The notes beneath the pieces are model-generated. The model was not told where the DNA came from and did no database searches. It was given only the letters and a program-made list of their open reading frames with translations. From Octopus vulgaris (Eukaryota), in contig OX597820.1 in assembly GCA_951406725.2 (NCBI GenBank), forward strand, positions 104,346,001 to 104,410,000: a stretch of DNA of 64,000 nucleotides, written 5' to 3'. Positions 36,215-51,932 of the stretch are shown piece after piece (the first letter of the stretch is position 1; each line of letters starts with the position of its first letter). The translations under genes and the position numbers were made by a program.

Positions 36215-36833
36215 TAATTTCTTCTATAGGCACAAGGCTTGAAAGTTTGTGGGAGGGAGATAGTCGATTGAATCGACCCCAGTTTTTCACTGGTACAGTC
36301 AACCCCGAAAGGATAGAAGGCAAAATCGACCTGGGCGAAATTTGAACTCAGAACGTAAAGACGGACGAAATGCCGCTAAGCATTTTGCCCTGCGTACTAA
36401 CGATTCTGCCAGTTCGCCGCCTTCAATAATAATAACGCTTTCTACTATAGGCACAAGGCATGAAATTTGGAGCGGGGGATAGTCGATTACATCAACTCCA
36501 AAATGTAAGTGGTAGTTATTTCATCGATCCCGAATGGATGAAAGGCAAAGTCGACCTCTGCGGTATTTGAACTCAGAACGTAGCGACGAGCGAAATACCT
36601 ATTTCTTTATTACCCACAAGAGGCTAAACATAGAGGGGACAAACAAGGACAGACATAGGTATTAAGTCGATTACATCGACTCCAGTGCGTAACTGGTACT
36701 TAATTCATCGACCCCGAAAGGATGAAAGGCAAAGTCGATCTCGGCGGAATTTGAACTCACAACGTAACGGCAGACGAAATGCCGCTAAGCATTTCGCCTG
36801 GCGTGCTCACCATTCTGCCAACTCGCCGCCTTC
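36215..36833 (-). mobile_element. tRNA-derived SINE family B (monomer plus dimer)
   Basis: Minus-strand head gaaggcggcga.tggcagaat.gt.ag...gagttcaaattcc and core gtcgactttgcctttcatcctttcggggtcgat. Other copies at ~45810-46290, 46780-46975, 48870-49065 (+), 59297-59510 (+) and 61430-61620. Confidence 0.8.
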
Positions 36834-36847
36834 ATAATAATAATGAT

Positions 36848-37309
36848 AATGGGCTACAGCAAATATTCTGCTCAGTACCACAGAATTGCTCGTCAATTGC
36901 TTGACCTTAACCAGTTGAGCATGTCCCTTAGTGGCTGACAATATGTGCATTTCTGATCACAAACAGAAGTAAAGGGGGAGCATCATAGCCATGTGTTGAG
37001 AGGAATTCTTTGGGGTTTGAATAATATACCTCTGGAAACATAGGTATTTTGTTCATCTTCCTTAAACAAACTCTATTCAGGGACCTTTTGAGCGGAATGG
37101 GCTACTCAACCTGAAGAAAATTCTAACTGGGCCCCACCTGCAAGGTCATGCGCTGTTTATCTTGATAAGAGATCACAATGTTGAGCACATATGGTTGTGA
37201 TGCATGTGCCTGGTGTACCCTTTTCAGACAGTAGTCATGATGGGTATATTTGGCTTCGTATGTTTGTACCTCAGTGTCACTTTGATGGCACGCACGGCTC
37301 TCTTCACTC

Positions 37310-37310
<1 letters not shown>
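36848..37310 (+). repeat. Non-coding interspersed repeat flanked by (AAT)n; 3' part repeated at 46367-46636
   Basis: tattcagggacc...acctgaagaaaat...ggccccacctgcaaggtcatg...ctctcactc occurs at both sites, each followed by (AAT)n. Confidence 0.7.
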
Positions 37311-37355
<45 letters not shown>

Positions 37356-37859
37356 GTTTCAAATATTGGCACAAGGCCTGCAATTTTGGAGGGAAGTGCA
37401 AATCTTCAGTCAGAATTAGCATGTCGCAAAACCGCTTCTTCAATTTATATAGGAACACTCAATCCAACAAGCTTCTATAACCAGGGCCTTAAAGATTCAT
37501 TTTGTAAGTTAAAAACTCATTTTGCAGCCCCACAAGGAAGGTCCTCTCAAAATTCTACCCTTGGCGGTTGCTTTGTTTTGTTTTTCTTTCTTTCTTTTAG
37601 GGTTCCATCAGATATTTGTGGGTTTCTCTTTGTCTTTCTGGTCCTTGGGTCGATGTATCGGTTGACCCTTTGTCTTACAGGGCCCTGTTCAAAATCTCCG
37701 ACAACACTGTTCGTTCGGGACGACCTAAAACTGATGAAATGCATTTTCTCAAGATTCACGCAATGCTATCGAACCGGATATTTCATGCTTGCAAAGCGAA
37801 CTTCTTGGACCATTCGCCAACCTTACACACCTTCACACGCACGCACAGAGGCACATACT

Positions 37860-40630
<2,771 letters not shown>

Positions 40631-41677
40631 TAGATAAACACACGCTCATATTTGAATGAATGACTAAGAAATATTTTTATCAGATGTTCGTCATACATTT
40701 GGGTCGGTCGAGGCGGTTGGCAACTTTCACATGCAAAGTTTTTTTATTCAATATTCTCGCATTCAAAGCCAAGTAAAGAAACAGACTACAAAACCTCTGG
40801 TGTTTTACTTCACCATTAACACACGTACACACATACAAAAGAAAATATCTAACAAGGAAAACACCGAATAAATGACTGAACGGAAGCTTTGGAATAGCTA
40901 TCACTCACCCCGGGGGAAGGAAAGGGATTAAAGATTTGGAAGGTAAACATGCAAAATACTGAAATTTGGGGAGAAAAAAACAAAAATTCCCTCAGAATCG
41001 TAATTCTCATAGTAGAATATATGGTCCTACTATAAAATTGTAAGGAAAAAACACACCCAATTCTGTACCCCTTTTCTTCTCCCATTGAGGTTGTGATAGT
41101 TATTTCAAGCCGTCACGGTTGCTGTTGTTATCATGACTGTGATTCATATGGATCCAATGACCCGGTTTTCAAAAACAGTCTTTTGAGTCCAGTCGCCCCA
41201 CACAAACCGGGTAACACAATCATATCAAGGTTAATAAAGCAAAATCATATATTGAAAGGCCTACCGAAAAATAGGCTACGCTAACTTACAAATAATGCTA
41301 CTAAGCAATAACAACACTGGGTCAACAAGGAAACATATACAGAGAGCATATATGTGTTCGCTCGATCTGTTAGATTTAACTGTCAAATCATCTTTAAATT
41401 ACGCCGGACAGTTTGGAGAAAAAAATAATAATAAGGTACGGTCCTAGCCGGAATGTTATTGATCAGACTACGTCTATTTGATTAGTATCGTTTTAAATCT
41501 AAACCACTACATGAATAATAAAGGACCAAATAGTCACGTCAGGAACGGCGTTGATTTAAGGCCCTACCCCCAACAGCGCAGATATAGGGTTTAACAATGA
41601 CAACAACGTGTTTCCAAAACATTCAATTAGATTTAAAGGTTTAAGATTCAAAATTTAAAGATTATCCTTACTATCTC

Positions 41678-41718
<41 letters not shown>

Positions 41719-41773
41719 CGTGTGGTAAGTAGCTTGCTAACCAACCACATGGTTCGGGTTCATGTGGCATCTT

Positions 41774-41816
<43 letters not shown>

Positions 41817-41961
41817 TTGCTCGACTGAAGGCGGTGCTCCAGCATGGCCAATCAAATGACTGAAACAAGCAAAAGAGTAAAGAGTATATATGTATATATA
41901 TTTGCTCGACTGAAGGCGTGCTCCAGCATGGCCAATCAAATGACTGAAACAAGCAAAAGAG

Positions 41962-42033
<72 letters not shown>

Positions 42034-43139
42034 ATGTATATAAACAAACACACATATCTAAAAACATATTTGTATATATATGAAGTGAGTTAGAGGAAAA
42101 AGAGGGAAAATGCACATTTTCGCCTTTTTTATTCCTACTTTCCCCATATCTTTTCCACGTGTAGTTTCTATTTTCTTTTTGAAGCATATTTCTATTATAT
42201 ATATAGGTGTCTGTGTGTGTGGATGGATGCATGGATGCATGTATGTATGTATGTATGTACGTATGTATGCATGTATGTATATATGTATACATACATATAT
42301 GAGTGTGTGCATGTGTGTGTGTGTATGTGTGTTTGTGCGCGTACGCACACGCACACACACACTAAAGTGAAAGGTGCAAGTAGTGAGTGATTTGGTTTGT
42401 TTATCTTGATGAAACTGAGACACGGCTTTCAGTATTTGAATTATGTCAGCAATGCTCTTGACTTCCTGACGAAACGCCTGCTGATTGTCACCCTTCCCCT
42501 CCTTTATAATACACTGCTCTTTATCATAGTCCGTGTAGATCCGTAAATTGTTATAGGAACATGTTGAGAAATTGATGATTCGGTTGAGTTCGCTCATTGT
42601 TAACGCTACTCCTGTTGGTACCCTTGATGGCATCAAAGAGTTACCGCTACTACACGCCGTCGCTAAGTGGGTACACTGGGCAGTACTTATCCCACAGTAC
42701 TGTCCCCTCATTATTCAATGTTACACCCTCAGAATTACAGAGATACACTTATTTCGAAACTCCACTTTAGCATTATTACTAATTAGTGCCCACTTAAAAC
42801 ATTATGAAGCAACCCCAGGCCAATCGTAGAATCAATTATTTCACTTGTGATAGTAACACTTGGGTCACTCTTGACGGTACCCTTTTGGTGATATTAGTGG
42901 TATAGTGAGGCTACTGTCGATGGTATAGCTAAGTCACTGAGTAACTAATTATGGTATCCTTAGGTGCTCTGAGTTGCACTGTAAGTTTACTGTTGGTTAT
43001 AATCTAGGTTACTCTTGGTATAAGTGGGACACTGGGTTACTGTCGATAATACACTTTGGGTGATATTAGTGGCACAGTGAGGATAATGTTGATTACATAA
43101 CTATGTTACTGTTGGTATAACAACTGGCTCACTGTTGAT

Positions 43140-43425
43140 AGCACACCGTCGGTTATATGATGACGAAGATTCCAGCCTGCTCGTGAAATTAACGTACAAG
43201 TGGCTGAGCACTCGTCAGACACGCGTATCCTTAACGTAGTTTTTTTTTAGGAGATTTAGCGTGTCACAGAATGTGACAAGGCCGGTCCTTTGAATTACAG
43301 GTACTACGCATTTTTGTAAGCTGTGTGGACTGGAGCAACGTGACATAAAGTGTCTTGCTCAAGGACACAACGCGCCGCCCGTCTTACGATTGTAAGACGA
43401 ATACCCTAATCACTAAGCCACGTGA
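43140..43425 (-). mobile_element. tRNA-derived SINE family C
   Basis: Reverse complement of 51253-51570 (gtgtccttgagcaagacac, gtcacgctgaa, ctcagccacttg.acgttaattt). Confidence 0.75.
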
Positions 43426-44801
43426 CTTGACACTTTTGATGGTACCACTTGGGTAATGTTGGTGGTACAACAAGGGTACTGTTGCTGGAATTATGACACA
43501 GCTGGTTTTACAACCGTGTCACAGATGAGTGTCCACCTGGATCACTTCTTTTGTTTTTAATCTTTTAGTCTGGAAGAGGTGACAGTGAGCATGACCCTTT
43601 ACAGAATCTATGAAAGTGTAGGTGCGTGTGGGCGAGTGAAGATATCCTCAAACCAGAGAATTGGCTCTGACCCGTCCAAGAGTGACTCCGCTAAAGGCGT
43701 TCAAGGTGTAACGTTACACCGGATGATGGGTGAAATGTAACTTATAAGTGGTCCATGGCGGGATTTGAACTCAGAACGCAAAGGGCCGGAACAAATACCA
43801 GAAGGCATTCCGTCTGATGCACTAACGTTTTCGACAATCCACCGCCTCAGGAAGGATAAAAAATAAAGTCAATCATAAGCATTTCAATCGTGACCATCGT
43901 GTTCTTTTCTAACATGCAAGGTACCTAGTATCACTTACACTAACAAGTCTTTTTGTCTTAAGACTGTGGGCTATGTTTTGGGAGAGATTCAACTACTGTT
44001 TCTAAAATGTTGAGTGACGTAGTAGAACGGCCATGGGCAATCTACGGCTCACAGGCACGCCTAACGAAAAATTGCCTTTAATTTTTTTAGTAGTGCGACC
44101 CGCTTGATGATGAACTATGTTGCATGCGGCACGTTTCTCGAAAAATGTTGTCCATGCTTAATGTAGAGACTCCCACGTGGGGAAAGTAATTTCATGTAGG
44201 AAAAGTGGGCATGGAGGAAAAGGAATACGTAGTTTGGATTGATTAGGGAAGCAGAGAATATTATTGTATGGGAGCAGAAGAAGAACAGCAGCGATCCTTC
44301 GGTACTACAGAGTGTCAGTATGAGGAACCTCTTTATTAATATACTGAAGAAATTCGTGTACCAATAACGAAGTTATTGCCGAAACGCCCAATGGTTATAG
44401 TAAGTGCTCGTGAATGAATACATGACTGTCATCTATACGGCATTCTTTCGAATAAAATCTAGGAAGTTGTTAATTGTTATAGTTGTTGCTTAGCCTGAGG
44501 TCATCGTTGTTCAACAAAGCCTATTTTCACAGCGTGACGAAATATGTTTGTTAAACATACGGTATATAACTACTTCCGTGTACATATTTATTCATAACAT
44601 CGTTGTAATGGTTGGCGTTGTAGTTGACTGATGTCTAGATGACAACCTTGTGTCATTATTTTCTTCACATTTCAAACACCCAAACCTCTTTTAATTTGTC
44701 CGTGGACGTCTATTCGTTCACCTAGAAAAAAAAATGTATGATTATTAAATAGTATACATAACTTCCGCGTATATGATGACCCACAAACACGGTGTATTGG
44801 T

Positions 44802-44838
<37 letters not shown>

Positions 44839-45929
44839 GTAATAATAATATAAATAATATATAAATATATGCATATATACATACATGTACATACCTACAT
44901 ATATATATGTATATATATACATGCATATATGGGTACAGGACATAAAAAAAACGTTGAACACAATGAAGCTCGAAAACATAAAAACAAAAGCATAGAAACG
45001 AACATTTTTTCGAACAACGAAAAAACAAACAGAGAAACGAGACATACAGCATAAAAAATTTTCCCCTTCTTCAGTTGTCCCTGTTTCATCTATTCCTCGT
45101 TCGAAGGCAAGGACAAAATGCGACTTCGTTGAAACAGTCCTTCCCGCAAAGCAAATAAAATAAAATTTGGAATTTTTTGCGGAGGGTGAAAGTGATAACA
45201 AGAACAGGACAGTGAGAACAAAGACAGTAAAAAGAACAGGACAGTGAGAACAAAACTGTAAAAAAAAAACGGTGAGGATTATTAAGAGAAGACGATATAA
45301 AAATTATTATGAACGCGAGGAAGACGAGCTTATGAAGGAGACAGTATAAAGGTTGTGGGCAGAAAGACAGAATATCTTTCGTCACGTGTCAGCGACGAGA
45401 GAGTCAAAGAGGAGGAGTGAGAGAGAGGGAACGGTGAAGAGGAGAGAAGAAGAATAGGGAAAGGTGGGAGAGAAAACCAGAAAGGATGAAGAACAAGAGA
45501 GGGGGAGAGATAGACAGAGAAGAGATAGTAAAGGTAGAAGAGTGCGCATTGTAATATATGTACATATATATATACGTACGTACACTTTATTGGCCACTGC
45601 TTTAGTGCTAAACACCAGGCTTAATCAGATTTTATATTTTGGAGTCTTCCGTGCCCTAATAGAAGACGAAGACCAGGCAATTACATTAATATTATCGGGA
45701 GATACTACACACAATGTGAAATTCGAAATCCATCAAAGCTTAAGAGATATAGATACCTGGTGAGGTGTGATGAAACGCCATTTGATCGTAGCTGCTTGAT
45801 AAATAATAATAGTAATCCTTTCCGACCACGTACGAATCTGAACACAGGACGTAAAGATGGGCGAAATACCGCTAAGCATTTTACCTGGCGTAGAAACGAT
45901 TCAGCCAGCTCGCTGCCTTAATAATAATG

Positions 45930-45985
<56 letters not shown>

Positions 45986-46317
45986 CCTTTCTACTATAGG
46001 CGCAAGGCCTGAACTGTTGGGGGAGGGGAATAGTCGATTATATCGACCCCAGTGTTTCACCGGTACTTAATTTATCGATCCCGAAAGTATGAAAGGCAAA
46101 GTCGACCTCGGTGGAATTTGAACCCAGGACGTAGCGACGGACGAAATACCTGTTTCTTTACTACCCTCAAGGGGCTAAACACAGAAGGGACAAACAAGGA
46201 CAGGCAAATGTGTTAAGTCGATTATATCGACCCCAGTGCGTAACTGGTACTTATTTAATCGACCCCGAAATGATGAAAGGCAAAGTCGACCATAATAACA
46301 ACAACAACAACAACAAC

Positions 46318-46356
<39 letters not shown>

Positions 46357-46636
46357 TATAATAATAATGGGTGTTTCGTTCAACATCCTTAAACAACCCT
46401 TATTCAGGGACCGTTTGAGCAGGTGGGCTACTCGACCTGAAGAAAATCTTAACTAGGCCCCACCTGCAAGGTCATGTGCTGTTTATCTTGCTATGAAATT
46501 ACCATGTTGCGCACATATGGTTTTGATGCATGTGCCTGGTGTACCCTTATCAGACCGGGTAGTTATGATGGGTATACTGGACTTCGTATATTTTACCCCA
46601 TTGTCATTTTGATGGCTTGCACTGTGCTCTCACTCG

Positions 46637-46725
<89 letters not shown>

Positions 46726-47204
46726 TTATAATAATAATAATGATGAAGATGATGATGATGATGATGATGATAATTTTAGTTCAAAGCTAGCAGTTTTTGC
46801 AGGGAGGAAGAAGTTGATTACATCGACCCCAGTCCTTGACTAATACTTCCTTATTTCATCGACAGCGGAAGGAGTAAAGGCAAAGTTGACCTTGGTGTGG
46901 CTTGAAGTCAGAACGTAAAGAGCCGGAACTTATGCTGCAAGACATTTTGTTCGGCATTCAAGTAATTCTGCCAATACATTTTCTGATTTCAATTATATAA
47001 ATTCCAAATAAAGAACTGGAGTCGATATCACTAAATTTTGCGTTGCTGACCAAAGTGTTCTTATTTACAAATCTGTTGTAGCATCTCAACTACTTAGCTA
47101 TTGAATATGGCCAATGCTAGATTTTTGTCTAAATGCTTCATCATGATAAGGAACAATTAGAGTCAACAGAATTTGCTTTGTAATAGTCAACTTATTTTAT
47201 TTTT

Positions 47205-47485
47205 TTTATTTATGCGCCCTTTTCAAGCCTAACCAGGCTCATGGGCCCGATTTCCCGATTTCTATGGCGTATGTGTTCTCCCCCAGCTGGATGGGACGCC
47301 AGTCCATCGCAGCGTTACTCAAGAAACAGGAAGAAAGAGAGAGAAAGTTGGGGGCGAAAGAGTACAACAGGGGTCGCTACCCCCATCCCCCTGCCGGGGC
47401 ATCGTGGAGCTTTAGGTGTTTTCGCTCAATAAACACACACAACGCCCGGTCTGGGAATCGAAACCGCGAGTCCGCTGCCTCCACA
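47205..47485 (-). mobile_element. tRNA-derived SINE family D
   Basis: Related to 60634-60935 (cagaccggg, gtgtgtgtttat.gagcgaaa.cacctaa.gctccacg, gggaaa.cgg.ccc.tgagcc). Confidence 0.65.
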
Positions 47486-47784
47486 GTCAGCTTATTACTG
47501 CAGGCTTATAAGACAAGAAACCATTGGCCGCTGCAGTGTGTCTTTGTTATTTAAAGAAATCAGACTTCCAATTCTCTAAATGCCGATATTTTCAGCATAA
47601 TCAATTTAATCAAAGGCCTTAGGGAAATTAATTATACAACCAACATTTGATCCGGGAAATATGACCACGATGAATTTGTTGTTTTTAGAAACAAATTTTT
47701 TGCGTCAAATCTTCCAGGATTTTCTAAATATAGGTGATTGCATATCGTTTTATTCTTATTTCCAGGGAATTTATTTCAAATCTT

Positions 47785-48193
47785 GGATCTTTTCGGTTTG
47801 AACGGCAGTTTTTCCTAGCGGTGTCATATGAAATTGTCACCCATAATTATGACCCTACTATCGATCTATTGCATTTCAATCTGTTTTAGGGTTAGGGGTG
47901 GGGGAAGGGTATCTTTTTTTCTTCACAAATGTAAATAAACCCAATCTGTTATTTAAACGAGAGACATTCATATGGCACAGAATGTTTTTTTTTACCTCAA
48001 TAGACGTCATTGATTGGTTGAAATTGCAGAAATTGAAGAAAAAACAACAAATATCTTACAAACCATAGAATTTTCTCAATAAAGCCAAGAGAAAAAGATG
48101 TTTTATAAACACATTCTACCAGTATACGAAGTTGAAAATTTTTTAGTTACCTAGAAATTATGTTAAAAACTGCCGTTCAAACCGAAAAGATCC
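47785..48193. mobile_element. MITE with ~29-bp TIRs and 8-bp TSD (Merlin-like)
   Basis: TIR ggatcttttcggtttgaacggcagttttt / aaaaactgccgttcaaaccgaaaagatcc; exact direct repeat CAAATCTT at 47777-47784 and 48194-48201. Confidence 0.85.
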
Positions 48194-49494
48194 CAAATCT
48201 TTCACTCTGCCACCAAAATTCATTTAGTTTATGGAATTAACTTTTTATTTCTGATAAGTTCTACTAGTTGCTATAATTTGCCAGCATTATGGGCTGAAAA
48301 CAATAACCTAGGTGACTGAGAACAAGTACCTGCTTGTGCTTCTGTTTATGAATATTTTTAGGATCCATCCTGCTAACTGTCTGCATGTGTTTCCCTATTT
48401 TCGTAATATGTGCTTGAAATGATGCGTTTTTACTCGTTACCAATACAAGTTCTCAATCAACTTCTGACTAGAATATTGCAATTTCTTTCGGCCCTGTGTA
48501 TCTAGGTAGCAGTACCTTTGGAGAAAGGGGGTTAATAGCGGACTAACTGAAACTTTCTTGCGTTGAATTTTTTTTCCAGCTATTCAGTTAAGCATCATAG
48601 CTTAACTAAGTATAATCGGTATAGCTTGTAGTAGAGGTGTACTGAAAGCTGAAAAGAAATCTAATAAAGGTTTCACAATAACGGCTTCAAAAGTTTACAC
48701 TTGTAATAATCTCCCAAAATAGTTGACTTTTCAGAGGATGCACCTCTTAAAAAGATAGCCTTCTGCCTTATAGACACTTACCTGATTTTCGGGCTATACC
48801 AAGGTCATAGAGTTTGTCGGAAAACCTTGTTAGAATCCCAGCTTAACTACACCAATATATGACTAGTTGTAAGGTAGCGAGCTGGAAGAAACGTTAACAC
48901 GCCGGGCGAAATGCTTAGCGGTGTTCTGAGTTCAAATTCCACCGAGGTCAACTTTGCCTTTCATCCTTTCGAGATCGATAAATTAAGTACTAGTTGTGTA
49001 CTGGGGTCGAGCTAATCGACCGACTCCCTCCCCAAATATTTCGGTCCTTGTGGCTAGAGTAGTAAAAAGTATATTACTAGTTGAGTAGTAGCTTTAGCAT
49101 CAATGCATACACGAAATAAATCTATACTGGTTATGAAAAGCCTTATATTGGAAAACTAAGAGAAAGCTCTCTTAGATAAAACGAACTTTTCGACAGAGTT
49201 ACTGGTCATCTCTATTGTGATTCTCTCTGGATATTTAACTATGAACACGTATTAGTGTCTACGAGTTGTACAAGAGCATGTCGCTATAATCCAGTGACGT
49301 ACGTATGTCTCATCCACTCAATTTGTTCATTGTTCCTTATTCTTTCAAAAGACCTTTCGTGATGGAGAAGTGACGATGTATGAAAGAATTACCCGGTTAG
49401 AAGCACATAGTCACGTACATGTACACTGAGAGTGAAGGTCTTTTCAACAATAAATAATGAGACGCCTATCGTCTGACATGTAAGAGAATATATG

Positions 49495-49533
<39 letters not shown>

Positions 49534-50295
49534 TAGCAGAGATATCCGGCGTTGCTCGGGATTAAAATGGCATAGATTTTTATTGTTGTACTTTCTTCGG
49601 GAATGTGACTGCGGCCATGCTGGAGCATCACCTTTAGTCGGAAAAATTCATAACAGGATTTATTCTTTGTAAGCATTGTACTTATTGTAACGGTGTTTTT
49701 TGTAAAAGGCTAAGTTATGAGGACGTAAACACAGTAACGTCGGTAGTCAAATGATGGTGGGGGTACAAACACATTTACACAAGCACACGCACACACACTC
49801 ATATATGCATATGTAGATATACGCATATATATATACATATATAAATATATATATATACATATATAAATATATATCAGTAATATAATGGGTAAAACTAATT
49901 AATTTGGAATAATCAATTAATTTCACCAAGTAGATTTCGGCATGTAAAAGCCTCGTTATTACTTATATAAATATATATATATACATACACACATAAAAGT
50001 ATGTATATATACATACAAATATATGTACATGTTTATACATACATATATATATATATATACAAGTACATTATATATATATATATATATGTACAAATATAAA
50101 TATATGTACATGTATATATATATATATATATATATACATGAGATACGCGTCAAACTAATACCTCCTTGTTGCTTATACACCTATCAGCTTTTATTTTCCT
50201 ATAAATTTCAACTATATATATATATATAAAAGGAAATGAAGAAAATGCTGACAAAATAATTTAAGTAAGGGAGGGTGTATTTAATTAGGTGAAAG

Positions 50296-50337
50296 TTCTT
50301 TTTACCGGTTGCGCATTTGTTATGCTTATCAAAAGAT
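50296..50337 (-). ncRNA. Strongly degenerate hammerhead motif
   Basis: Minus strand: TCTT-TTGATAA-GCAT-AACAA-ATGC-GCAA-CCGG-TA-AAAAGA. All three stems retained; three core substitutions. Confidence 0.4.
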
Positions 50338-50406
50338 ATTTTGAGTTGGATAGAGTTCCTTTCTGATTGATTATATATCACAACTCGTGTTCCACATCTC
50401 CTTTTT

Positions 50407-50442
<36 letters not shown>

Positions 50443-50536
50443 ATCCAAACAAGAAAACACAAAAAAACACAACAACGCGAGGACGTGGAACAAATATACT
50501 ATTATTAGACGCTCAGGAAAGAAGGGAAGAAGGAGG

Positions 50537-50572
50537 GCTTAACGTTTCGAGCGGAGCTCTTCTTCGGAAAGA
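50537..50572 (-). ncRNA. Minimal hammerhead motif, same family as 16196-16233
   Basis: Minus strand: TCTTT-CCGAAGA-AGAGC-TCC-GCTC-GAAA-CG-TT-AAG. The flank cgctcaggaa is shared with the 16097-16305 element. Confidence 0.55.
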
Positions 50573-50755
50573 TAGGAAGGAAAGATCCAGAGAAGAGAAG
50601 ACAGAGGAAAAAAAAATCGCTTTGGTCGGCCCGAGGCTATAGTAGAAGACACACAGTGGGACTGAACCCGGAAGCATGTGGTTGGTAAGAAAGCTACTTA
50701 TCACACAGCCATACGCATATGTATTCATGTTTCTTTCTCTCTCTCTTTCTCTCTT

Positions 50756-50826
<71 letters not shown>

Positions 50827-50931
50827 AAATTAATAATATTAGGGAATAAATCCAAACTGACAGGGAAAAATCAGATTTAGGATTGAATCCAATTTTATAG
50901 TAAAATATTATATTATATTAAATTAGATTTA

Positions 50932-50963
<32 letters not shown>

Positions 50964-51210
50964 AACACACACACACATATACATATAGATCAAAGGAAGT
51001 CCGGTATAACCTTCCTTTTATCTATCTAAGGTTTGATGCAAACATAGATTCTGGTGTTTATAGAAGATTTGGGTTCGAGTTCCACCGGATGCCATCAAGT
51101 TTTCCCTTTCCAAAGGGATTTTTAACCCAATGTTATTTATTGCTTCAACTGTTAAAAACGGTTTTATTTTCACATTCTCGTGAAGTTTCTAAATTCTTAT
51201 AATATAGTGT

Positions 51211-51246
<36 letters not shown>

Positions 51247-51252
51247 CACGAA

Positions 51253-51570
51253 TGTGAAGGCACGTGGCTTAGAGGTTAGGGCATTCGGCTCACGATCGTA
51301 AGGTCATGAGTTCGAATCCCAGCTGCATATCTTGTCCTTGAGCAAAGCACCTTATTTCACGTTAATCCAGTCCACTCAACTGACAATGAGTAGTATATGC
51401 AATTCAAAGGCTGGCCTTGTCGCATTCTGTGTCACGCTGAAGCTCTTTGAGGACTACGTTACGGGTAAACATGTGTGTGGAGTACTCAGCCACTTGCACG
51501 TTAATTCCATGAGCAGGCCGTTCCGTTGACCGGATCAACTGGAACCCTCGTCGTCGTAGCAGACTGATAG
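51253..51570 (+). mobile_element. tRNA-derived SINE family C
   Basis: Head gtggcttagaggttaggg...gagttcgaatccc (A/B boxes); second copy at 43140-43425. Confidence 0.75.
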
Positions 51571-51709
51571 GTAATATAGCTGGAATATGAAGGAATTCCT
51601 ATCTGGTGTCTAGCGTGTTGTAAAGTAGCCGGTAGTTAGTCACTTTTAGATTTGGGTTAGAGCATGTCTCTTGGAGAAAGTTGCTCTAAAATAAAACCCA
51701 GTACCGTTA

Positions 51710-51846
51710 GGCGCAGGAGTGGCTGTGTGGTAAGTAGCTTGCTAAACAACCACATGGTCCCGGGTTCAGTCCCACTGCGTGGCATCTTGGGCAAGTGTCT
51801 ACTGCTATAGTGGATTTGGTAGACGGAAACTGAAAGAAGCCTGTCG

Positions 51847-51932
<86 letters not shown>

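Noticed and set aside
45095-45145. Additional hammerhead candidate (gaag...gaaacagtccttc)
   Set aside because: A GAAA-stem III-GUC and a short stem I are present, but no recognisable CUGANGA box.
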